Shown piece by piece: positions 38,246-47,114 of a DNA stretch of 64,000 nucleotides. The position numbers were made by a program, and so were the translations under genes. This stretch comes from Naegleria gruberi. Lineage: Eukaryota. Where the stretch lies: assembly GCA_000004985.1 (NCBI GenBank), contig GG738917.1, one strand, 5' to 3'. Positions within the stretch are counted from its first letter, which is position 1, and each line of letters opens with the position of its first letter. Below the pieces are notes generated by a model, which worked only from the letters and a program-made list of their open reading frames with translations, did no database searches and was not told the origin of the DNA.

Positions 38246-39313
38246 ATGCAAGTGGCCAAATCATTGCACGAATTTCAAACACTCAGAAAATTATTGGGCA
38301 ATAATGGAAAGGTTGTGAGTTTTGTTCCCACGATGGGAAACCTCCACAGCGGTCATTTACAATTAATGAAAATTGCAAAACAAAACTCGGATGTGGTTGT
38401 AAGCTCTGTTTTTGTAAATCCTGCACAATTTGCAGCAAATGAAGATTTTGATAAGTATCCAAGGACTCTACAATCAGATTTGGAAAAGATGAAGGAAATT
38501 GGTGTGGATTTAGTGTTGGCTCCAGGTGGAACTTCAGAGCTGTATCCACATGGATACATGACACGTGTCTTTATGAGTAAGATATCGACGGATACAGCTC
38601 AGTCACATCCATTGAGGAATAGTTCTGGATCTGTTGGGGAGGAATTGAATCATAATTGGTTGGAGGATCAACCAGAAGCTATTTGTAGAAGTGGTTTCTT
38701 TGATGGAGTTTCTACCATTTTAGTGAAATTGTTTAATATTGTAAGACCACAGGTTATTGTGTTTGGACAGAAAGATGCAGTTCAATGTATGGTTGTAAAG
38801 AGATTGGTTAAGGATTTGAATTATATTGATATTGAAAAGGTGATTATTGGAGAAACTGAAAGAGAATTGGACGGATTGGCCATGTCATCTAGAAATCAAT
38901 ATCTTTCTCCAATTGATAGGAAATATATTGCACCAATTTTGAATAGGATATTATTTGATGCTCAATCATCTTTTAAGAATATTGAAAATGTAAATGCTGA
39001 ATCATTGAGAAAGTGGCTGCAAGATTCATATAATCAATTGGAATTTTCATTTGAGGAAAAGTTGAAAAATCACTATTCGAATGGGTATAATAAGGAAGAT
39101 TACAAGATTGACTATTTGAGTGTGTGTAATTGGAACAATGGTCATGTTTATGGAACCATCTCTACAAATAATATTTATACAGAACCATTTTACAGTATTG
39201 AGAAGGAGAATTTACAAGATTTGACACAGCTCTGTTTATCCACAACTGTCCGAGTTGGAGGAACTCGTTTGTTGGATAATTTAATTATCAATGTTAGGGA
39301 AAATGGGATTTAA
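38246..39313 (+). CDS. panC: Pantoate--beta-alanine ligase (pantothenate synthetase, PanC)
   Basis: 355 aa. VSFVPTMGNLHSGHLQLM (HIGH-class nucleotidyltransferase motif of PanC), IVFGQKDAVQ, MSSRN. 526-bp divergent intergenic region shared with panB-panE. Confidence 0.9.
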   Translation: MQVAKSLHEFQTLRKLLGNNGKVVSFVPTMGNLHSGHLQLMKIAKQNSDVVVSSVFVNPAQFAANEDFDKYPRTLQSDLEKMKEIGVDLVLAPGGTSELYPHGYMTRVFMSKISTDTAQSHPLRNSSGSVGEELNHNWLEDQPEAICRSGFFDGVSTILVKLFNIVRPQVIVFGQKDAVQCMVVKRLVKDLNYIDIEKVIIGETERELDGLAMSSRNQYLSPIDRKYIAPILNRILFDAQSSFKNIENVNAESLRKWLQDSYNQLEFSFEEKLKNHYSNGYNKEDYKIDYLSVCNWNNGHVYGTISTNNIYTEPFYSIEKENLQDLTQLCLSTTVRVGGTRLLDNLIINVRENGI

Positions 39314-39432
39314 TTGTTGCTGATCTGGTGTGTTTCTCTGATCTTAACCCAATTCATTAATTTCTTATGGAATTTTACCAATGTTGAAATTGATTTAATA
39401 AAATTTAAAAACTACTTGGAATACTGATTTAT

Positions 39433-41508
39433 TTATTCTAAAATATATCCAATAATCGAGAAAATAATAAATAATAATGTGTAAAAAAAGATAGCTTTTG
39501 AGCGCTTTGAACGTTTGTGTGGTTCATCTTTGAGTTCAGGAGTAGAGCAGAATAGTTCCAACATTTTAGAGCTATCCAGTGGATCCTGAGAAAAGTATAA
39601 ATTCCAAATATCTTTGGCTTGTTTCTTGAGGAAATGTTGATTTAACAAGTGATCATTTCTTCCTGTGATAGTCAAGGAAGGAATTCTATATAATTGTTCC
39701 TTAATATTTCTGAAAACGCTATCTCTACACATTTTGGTAGCTTCAGTTTCCTTGAATTCTTCCTCCAAGAAATATGAATAGGCATTGAGTTGACTCATAA
39801 TCTTTTCTTGATCCTCAATATTCTGAATGGTGGCTAATCTTTGGGATCTGTCATGATACAATTTTTTGATACTATCTTGATCAGATGGTTCTTTGTAAAA
39901 GTATTTGAGGAAAACTTTCTCATTTCTAATTGTCATTTCCATAATCTTATCAATAACGAACATCTCCTCTTTGTTGAATTCTATTTCAGAGAAAGAGTCG
40001 TCATCAATGTGATACCTTATTGCTTTGGTTAATTGAATAAACAAGTCTACAACATTCTCAATGCTCATAGTATCGAGTTGGAAACTCTCCTTAATTGAGA
40101 ACTTGGCAAAATCTTCTGATCCTTTTGCAAACTGAAGACAGAAATAGGTACGATCCTCTGCGAAAACCTTGGAGTATGTCATAGTATTCAAGTCCAATCT
40201 ACCAGAGCTGATCAAATCTGCGTTCTTCGATCTGATTTCAATATTGTACAATTGTGCACGGATTTCAAAGAATTTCAAATCAATTTTGAACAAATCCTTG
40301 AAAATATTTCTCAAACCGTCCATAGTCTCTGTTGTTGAGAGTTTTCTGATTGGATCATCCAAAAATGTCTTTCTCAAATATGGAAGATCTGATACAGAAA
40401 GATTAGAATCTCCTAATTCTCGTTGTAATTCCAATAAAGAATCATTTAAAACTATTCTAAAATCAGAAACATCATTTCTATTCATCAAATCATAAAAGTT
40501 GTCATATTTACATTCTTTTGCAAGTGCCTTTTGTGAAGCCAACAAAGATTCAACTTTCTTTTCAATGCCTGATGATAAACTGGTCATTTGAATAGAGTAA
40601 GAAATTCTCCTAACCTCCATGTTTTCATCAAATAATCCCTTAGAAAGATCAAAATACAAATTTCCATGACGTTCGTGTAAAACATGTGCTTGTTGCAACA
40701 TTTCCACCTCACCATTAGTAATTAAAGTTCCAATATAATTATTAGGAATCGAGATTGGCTTCATGTTTTCCAGTTGAAAACGTACAAACTCAGTTCTGAA
40801 TTCTTCTTCTGCTCTTTCTAGTGCCGACCAAAACCATGACTTTTTACTAAATTGGAACCAATCACAACGACTGAGAAGAAAATTAATATTCTTTGTATCC
40901 TTTGTGTCCAATCCCTCGATTCTTTCCTTGATTTTGATAACAAGTTCTGGTAGTAAATGTACATTCAACAAGGAAACAATCTTATTAAACTTTAAAGTAT
41001 AATCCTGTTTGGCACTATTCTCCAATTCATAAATATTCATACTAATCAATTCCAAAATATTCAAACAAATTGATGCAAATTCCTCCTTCTTAATATTTCC
41101 ACTATTACTACCCTCGACAATCTCCCTCAACAAACCAATCAAATCATTCACACTATCAATTTTATACTTTGTATAAATTGCAAGAAATGAAAAATCGATA
41201 CTCGACAAATCTCCTTCAATATAACGTTTAGGAATTTTAAATCCTTTATAATCTATTACTTCATCTCCTTGTTGCTTTACCAAATCTTTAGGTAAATATT
41301 GTTCAACAACAAGCTTTCCTATTGATGGTTTTAAATATCTAATTGTATTACTAGTATTAATAATACTATGATCCGAAGAATAACGTAACTTGGCAAAGGC
41401 TCGTTCTTGATATTGTTGTATTATTGGTATCAACTTGGCTTGATGTTTTCTTTGTGCATTCAATGAAATTTGATGTAACAATGACGAAGGAGGCTTAAAG
41501 GAAAACAT
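39433..41508 (-). CDS. Hypothetical 691-aa protein with C-terminal tail-anchor-like helix
   Basis: ATG 41508; mostly helical with no recognisable motif; ends ...RSKRSKAIFFYTLLFIIFSIIGYILE. Confidence 0.45.
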   Translation of the reverse strand: MFSFKPPSSLLHQISLNAQRKHQAKLIPIIQQYQERAFAKLRYSSDHSIINTSNTIRYLKPSIGKLVVEQYLPKDLVKQQGDEVIDYKGFKIPKRYIEGDLSSIDFSFLAIYTKYKIDSVNDLIGLLREIVEGSNSGNIKKEEFASICLNILELISMNIYELENSAKQDYTLKFNKIVSLLNVHLLPELVIKIKERIEGLDTKDTKNINFLLSRCDWFQFSKKSWFWSALERAEEEFRTEFVRFQLENMKPISIPNNYIGTLITNGEVEMLQQAHVLHERHGNLYFDLSKGLFDENMEVRRISYSIQMTSLSSGIEKKVESLLASQKALAKECKYDNFYDLMNRNDVSDFRIVLNDSLLELQRELGDSNLSVSDLPYLRKTFLDDPIRKLSTTETMDGLRNIFKDLFKIDLKFFEIRAQLYNIEIRSKNADLISSGRLDLNTMTYSKVFAEDRTYFCLQFAKGSEDFAKFSIKESFQLDTMSIENVVDLFIQLTKAIRYHIDDDSFSEIEFNKEEMFVIDKIMEMTIRNEKVFLKYFYKEPSDQDSIKKLYHDRSQRLATIQNIEDQEKIMSQLNAYSYFLEEEFKETEATKMCRDSVFRNIKEQLYRIPSLTITGRNDHLLNQHFLKKQAKDIWNLYFSQDPLDSSKMLELFCSTPELKDEPHKRSKRSKAIFFYTLLFIIFSIIGYILE

Positions 41509-41849
41509 TTTTTTTTAAATTATTATAATTATGAATGGCTATACTTCTTATTCGCCAACAGGTTTATCTGTATTGAGTTTTGATTTTGATGAATCTTCAT
41601 TCAATAATAATTTATCAAATCATTTCCCCAATATGAAACAATTTCAATTTCAAATTTATTGATGGAAATCAAGCAGAATCAATTCTCACTCAAAATACTA
41701 GCTTTTGAACATGCATGTTGGTTCCAACACTGATAAGTTGAATATGAATACCAGAAGAATTCGAAATAAATTATCACCACATCTTTCAACCTTACATTGA
41801 TTGTTACTGCCCTCCAATAAGCCAAAAAAATTCAAACCCTTAAAAAAAT

Positions 41850-43061
41850 ATGTATGAGCGAAATAAAGCAATGCTTATGCAAATGTTTCAAACAGAGGAA
41901 CAATACACGCAAGTAATCAATCTTCTAGATATCTTTGAAAAGTGGAGTTTGATTGATTTTTCAACTGTCGAAACTATGAGAAAGACGTTTGAAGAAGTGG
42001 ACAAGGACGAAGAGTTTATATTTGATGTTGTTTCAACGAATTGGAAGGTATTTAATCAATGCAAAGACATTCCGATTTCTAAGGATCAATTCATGACCTT
42101 GTCTACCAAGCCTACGAGAATTGCTAGTCTAAGTTGCTTTGGTCGAAAAGGTTGGGAAAGATTATTCAAACAAATTCGAAGATTGAATCCACCTGTTAAG
42201 AAAGAAAACCTTGGATCATTGCAAGCTGATACAATTATAGAAGAAACTAAAGATGAATCATTGACTGATGTTAAACCACCAAAAGAAGAAACATCTTCTT
42301 CAACACAAATATATCAGGCTGGCCCTCATGTAATTAATTACACCCATTCCGACAAAGAAGAAGAAATTTCAGCAGGTGAGCTTCATGAAACAAGGCATAA
42401 TAGAAAATACATTGCCAATTACTTCAAGAAAGAAATGGAGATCTTTTTAGCGAAAAAGATGAGAGGAATGTTAGAGATTTTTCAAGACGAAATTAAGGAT
42501 GATTTAGGTAAGGTCGCCAACAACATTGGCACTTCGTATGAACTGGTCTTTACCCAACATTTAAAAGACAATCATCCAAACTACAAGTTAAACTGTGGTT
42601 ATGGTATGGCTGTCGATTTTACCAAGATCAAAAAACAAGAAAGAGAAAATTGGGAAAAGTTTATGAAAATAATGGTAACAAAGAACTTCCTTACCGAGAA
42701 TGAAATAACATTGTTATCATTAGACACAAACGAAGTAGAATTCAACTTCTTGATGGAAGATACGGTTGCTAATTTTAAAATAATTGATGCCAGTATTTCT
42801 TTATTTCAAAAACAGGCTCAACTATTGAAAAACTTAATACAAATAGAAAGGAAATTGATGGCCTTTAATTTAACAAAAGGATGTGCTTATTTGAAGGAGG
42901 TTTGGTTGTATTCTCCAACCGAGGTCAATATTTCTAGATTGGAAACATGTTGTAAAATAGCAAAACAACATGGATTTACTTTGAAACATGTTGAATCCCA
43001 TGTCAGAGCCAGAACATTTAATACTTCGAAGTATAGAAATAAGATATTGATGGACAATTGA
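41850..43061 (+). CDS. Hypothetical 403-aa protein
   Basis: ATG 41850; long ORF with no recognisable domain. Confidence 0.4.
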   Translation: MYERNKAMLMQMFQTEEQYTQVINLLDIFEKWSLIDFSTVETMRKTFEEVDKDEEFIFDVVSTNWKVFNQCKDIPISKDQFMTLSTKPTRIASLSCFGRKGWERLFKQIRRLNPPVKKENLGSLQADTIIEETKDESLTDVKPPKEETSSSTQIYQAGPHVINYTHSDKEEEISAGELHETRHNRKYIANYFKKEMEIFLAKKMRGMLEIFQDEIKDDLGKVANNIGTSYELVFTQHLKDNHPNYKLNCGYGMAVDFTKIKKQERENWEKFMKIMVTKNFLTENEITLLSLDTNEVEFNFLMEDTVANFKIIDASISLFQKQAQLLKNLIQIERKLMAFNLTKGCAYLKEVWLYSPTEVNISRLETCCKIAKQHGFTLKHVESHVRARTFNTSKYRNKILMDN

Positions 43062-43141
43062 GTCAAATACTTTCTAATAAACTGATTAAAATTGACCCTC
43101 TCGTTAATTGATGATAAGGAGACATTTGTTATGAATGTGAA

Positions 43142-43215
43142 GCCGTCATAGCTCAGTTGGATAGAGCACAGGACTTCTAATCCTGGGGTCGTGGGTTCGA
43201 GCCCCATTGTCGGTA
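43142..43215 (+). tRNA. tRNA-Arg (anticodon UCU)
   Basis: GCCGTCA-TA-GCTC-AGTTGGATA-GAGC-A-CAGGA-CTTCTAA-TCCTG-GGGTC-GTGGG-TTCGAGC-CCCAT-TGTCGGT-A. Canonical D- and T-arms, anticodon loop CU-UCU-AA, no encoded CCA. One T.T mismatch at acceptor pair 5:68. Its reverse complement explains track ORF 42887..43207(-) (GLEPTTPGLEV...). Confidence 0.8.
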
Positions 43216-43410
43216 AATAATTTTTTGTTCAAGATCTACTATTGAAGTCTTTGGTTTCTCATAATTTATGTTTCAGACTATTAAGGCCAAAACAATCGTT
43301 AAAAAATATGCAATTCGGCCCTGCAGAGATTGTGAGGAGCCACTTGTCTCATGAGTGTTCGCTTCTATCACCACTAACAAGTTTATTCCTATTCAAATGT
43401 TCATCAATTG

Positions 43411-45600
43411 ATGGAAGCAATGCAATTTAGGTTTCCCAGACTTTCAAAGAGAGAAGACAAAGCCCCAATTATTCAATACAAATTGCTTCATAATGCTGGG
43501 AAATTATTTAATGAATCTCTTCCGTGTCTCTTTGTTGTGAATGGTGATGATTGTTTCGGGACAATGATTAAGCTGATGGAAAGTGAATGGAAATTCCACC
43601 ACATGCACTACATGTTCATTGGTTTGTTTGTAATGAATTCTAAATGTGTCTTGTTACGTAGGAGGTGTGTGGGTGTTTATGGCTTTGTTGATACTTTCCT
43701 CTCCAAAGAATTTGATTTAAATGTGCAGACGGAAGCAAATGAAATGTTTTCAGAGTTAATTAGTTCTTGTAATCAAAATAATGAGGTATTAACTACACTT
43801 GTGAATATGGGGAGGTTTGAATATTACAGTAGAGCGTTTAAGTGTTTGTTTAGAGAATGTTGTAAGGATGATTTTGTTCTGTTTGATTGTTTGGAAGATG
43901 GGCTTTTACAATTGGAAGAATTGAAAGAAATATTCGAAATTCACAAAAGCACTCCAAAGAATTGTATCAAGTTGATACTTGGAGGAAAGGATGGACCGTT
44001 CTTTGTTTTACCTCACCAAAGAGATCAAGAGTGGAATATTGAAATTCAATTCCAATATAGGAACCGAAACGAATCTAATATTCAAATTCACTATGTTATT
44101 GCAAAACCAAAGGCTTCTCACAAGAGAGCATGGGAAAACTTCTTTGATATCAAATCCTTGGAATTTGGCATACCCCTTTCGGATTTTCCCCACGATTATG
44201 TTGAAACATGCAACAGAGAAATTACAGAACTTATTCCTAAATTTAGTATTCGTACAATTCGTGATCCAAATTCTTTGGCCAAATTTAATACTTTTGAAGA
44301 AGCTGAAGAATATGTCAAACAACTATTCCCAAATACAATGGCAGAATTTATCCCAGATCCACCACTTGGAGCTGTAAGATTTATGGTTGTTGTAAAACAT
44401 GGTGGTCAATTAGAAATAGAAACATCACATCCTCTAAAAAGAATTTACGGAGGTGTGAGGTTAGTTGTGAATGGAAAGATGAGCATTTTGGGTGTTGTTT
44501 TAAAGCATGTTATTGAAGAGAAATGGTCAAATTTTCTAAATGACATTTATTGTAAAACAAATACTAAACTAAAAAGGGGAAAAGAAATGGTTCTAGAATT
44601 TCATTCAAAGAGGCGAGATTTATCTTTAGATGAATGCTTGGAAAATATATTCGAAAAGAAAATAACATATTCCAAAGAAAGTGTTTCATGTTATGGAACT
44701 CAACGATTGACCTTAACCTTTATTGGAGAATGGAATGAAAAGAAATCATTTTTCAAACTTTCAATGCAAGAATTTACCAATAAGGAAATTTTAACACATC
44801 TTGCTCAAAACAATTCAATGTTGAGACAAACTCATTCGAACATTTCACAAATTTATGTTTATCAATCAATTACTGATATGGAAAAAATTGAATCGTTCTT
44901 GGATGCTATTACCAAGTTGAGAAATGATATTAATGAGGCGCAAGTAAGTGTGTCGTTGAAAGTGAATTGCTTAGATGTGTCTGTTCAAGAATATTTATTT
45001 CCAATATCCGAACTTGTAAAGTTTAAATATGCAAATTCAAAATTACAACTTTGCAAGCTTGTAATTATTGAATCTATTTCAATATTGAAGCAATTAGATA
45101 GTTTGGACATCTTACATCAAGATATTTCATTAGATAATTTGATGATAAGAAAACGAAACAATTTATTCGAATTGATTTTGATAGATTTTGATTTTTCCAA
45201 AAAGTATTCGAAAGTAGAAAACGAAAATTCAATAAGAGAGCCTAATTGGACAGATTTTGGATCTGTAACAAAGCACCCTTATTGGTGTGAAAAAAAGAGA
45301 ACAAGTGTTGGTGATATTTATTCAATGTCTGTTGTCATCTTTGAGATTGTTTATTTTCTGTGTGTTGGACGAAATTTTTCAAAACAATTCTATAATTTAC
45401 CAGTAAGTAGTGGAAGATACAGAATTGAAATTGTGCAGTGTTTGCAAAATGATTGCGATGATTTACAACAAGTGCTAGGGAAGAAATTTGAATCTTTCCA
45501 AAAGTTAATGGAATACATGTTACATTACGAACAAAATCCTATACTTCCTTGCCTTATCAGTATGATATCCAATCTCATCAATGATGATAACAAGCAATAA
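43411..45600 (+). CDS. Protein with C-terminal protein-kinase-like (probably pseudokinase) domain
   Basis: ATG 43411 (track 43408 is TTG). C-terminal ~250 aa has kinase subdomain order with degenerate catalytic motifs: LHQDISLDNLMI (HRD -> HQD), ILIDFDFS (DFG -> DFD), then SVGDIYSMSVVIFEI (subdomain IX-like). No glycine loop found. Confidence 0.5.
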   Translation: MEAMQFRFPRLSKREDKAPIIQYKLLHNAGKLFNESLPCLFVVNGDDCFGTMIKLMESEWKFHHMHYMFIGLFVMNSKCVLLRRRCVGVYGFVDTFLSKEFDLNVQTEANEMFSELISSCNQNNEVLTTLVNMGRFEYYSRAFKCLFRECCKDDFVLFDCLEDGLLQLEELKEIFEIHKSTPKNCIKLILGGKDGPFFVLPHQRDQEWNIEIQFQYRNRNESNIQIHYVIAKPKASHKRAWENFFDIKSLEFGIPLSDFPHDYVETCNREITELIPKFSIRTIRDPNSLAKFNTFEEAEEYVKQLFPNTMAEFIPDPPLGAVRFMVVVKHGGQLEIETSHPLKRIYGGVRLVVNGKMSILGVVLKHVIEEKWSNFLNDIYCKTNTKLKRGKEMVLEFHSKRRDLSLDECLENIFEKKITYSKESVSCYGTQRLTLTFIGEWNEKKSFFKLSMQEFTNKEILTHLAQNNSMLRQTHSNISQIYVYQSITDMEKIESFLDAITKLRNDINEAQVSVSLKVNCLDVSVQEYLFPISELVKFKYANSKLQLCKLVIIESISILKQLDSLDILHQDISLDNLMIRKRNNLFELILIDFDFSKKYSKVENENSIREPNWTDFGSVTKHPYWCEKKRTSVGDIYSMSVVIFEIVYFLCVGRNFSKQFYNLPVSSGRYRIEIVQCLQNDCDDLQQVLGKKFESFQKLMEYMLHYEQNPILPCLISMISNLINDDNKQ

Positions 45601-45624
45601 ACCAATGTTAAAGTTCTTATTTAT

Positions 45625-46746
45625 TTACTTTTCAGAGATAGCAACATGAGAAATTTTGGATGCTTCCTCGAGAGCCTTTTGCTTATCTTCCTTGCTTATG
45701 GAAGTCAATTTAGAAAGTAATTGTTGAATTTCTTCATTGCTCAAATCTCTCAGAATTGTAAGAGAAGCTTTTTGTGATTCAAAATCTCTGGATGCACTCA
45801 TACTTCTATTGTAAGAAAGTGGGCCCAATAAGATAATTCTCTTTCCTTCAAATTTCATAATATCACATGGAACTCCTTCTCCCCATACCTTATGGTTGAG
45901 TGACTTTGAAAAACATTCAGAATCGGATGAGTTTAGCGGAATTCTATCAATACCAGTCCAATTGTAGCATTCATAAACCCATGACATTGAACCACCAACC
46001 ATTGAGCTACCTTCTCCCAATAAACAATCCACTTGTTTTTTAGGAGGTGCCTTGATTGCCAAGCTTGGATTATGTTGTTTGAGATAGTGAGCCATTAGTA
46101 CATGTAAACTCCAATTACTTGTAACTCCGTCAATTCTCATTTCAACACCCCAATTTTCCAAAGGATGAATAACAATAATATCCTCATTCTCTAAAATGTT
46201 TGTTGCAAAGAAGAGAAACTTATACTCCCATCTGTTGGCTGCAGTAAGTTCTTGGAATTCATTAAATTTTGGATGAGCACGCATGGCAGCTCTCACTTTT
46301 TCAGATCTACTCGAAGTAGCCACAAGAGACAATTCAATTCTTCTCAAGGCATCTTCATACTGCTTCAATATTTGAGGTGGAATTCTGTCTCCAAACTGAT
46401 CGACTAACAAGAAGGTGTTTGAAGCATAATTGATCAAAGCATTAACATAAACAGCAGCTTGTTCATCATTCAATTCCACATTATTTTCAAACATGACACC
46501 CATAAACAAGAAGAGGAAAGCAAGAGGACCATAACTAAATGGTATTACCTTCATCAATTCAATCAAAAAGTTTGCCAATACCTCGATTTGTTGATCAATA
46601 TTTTCCTCTTCACTCTCCAATAATTCTTGAATTGTTTCCGAAATTAAACCCAGATTCAATTGAATATTTGGCTGATCCTCCTTGCTTTGAACAGCAAGGC
46701 GAATATTGTTTAGCATATCATTGAAGGCTTCTTCAAATTCGAACAT
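45625..46746 (-). CDS. Hypothetical conserved-looking 373-aa protein
   Basis: ATG 46746, intronless, globular composition; I cannot assign a family. Confidence 0.4.
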   Translation of the reverse strand: MFEFEEAFNDMLNNIRLAVQSKEDQPNIQLNLGLISETIQELLESEEENIDQQIEVLANFLIELMKVIPFSYGPLAFLFLFMGVMFENNVELNDEQAAVYVNALINYASNTFLLVDQFGDRIPPQILKQYEDALRRIELSLVATSSRSEKVRAAMRAHPKFNEFQELTAANRWEYKFLFFATNILENEDIIVIHPLENWGVEMRIDGVTSNWSLHVLMAHYLKQHNPSLAIKAPPKKQVDCLLGEGSSMVGGSMSWVYECYNWTGIDRIPLNSSDSECFSKSLNHKVWGEGVPCDIMKFEGKRIILLGPLSYNRSMSASRDFESQKASLTILRDLSNEEIQQLLSKLTSISKEDKQKALEEASKISHVAISEK

Positions 46747-47114
46747 TTTTTAATTATTGTTAAAAATTAAATTAAATGTGATGTGGAATTTGATTGGATG
46801 AAAGGAAACCAATTACCAGAATATTTCGGAAATTGTAATTTAAGTTAGATCTACTGGAAAGAGGTTTGAATTTGTTTATTAAATTCTTAGATATTTGATA
46901 TTAAATTACTTGTTGGTGAAGGTCTTAGTTCTAATGTGTGATGAATTGAAAAACCGTTGAATAATTTTCGCGCCAAATTTTGTTGTGATTTAAATTTAAA
47001 AAAAATAGGTGAAAAGCAAACAACGTCAAAACGCTTCTCCCGATACGATCATCATCAGTTAATTTATTATTTGACAAACATCATATCAACAACAACAACA
47101 ACAAACACATCAGG

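Noticed and set aside
35530-39313. Reading panB-panE / panC as a bacterial operon (prokaryotic contamination or recent transfer).
   Set aside because: Base composition, codon usage and the long basic N-terminal extension match the surrounding eukaryotic genes. Genes are divergent, not co-directional. Flanking genes are eukaryote-specific (PAQR, Beclin and others).
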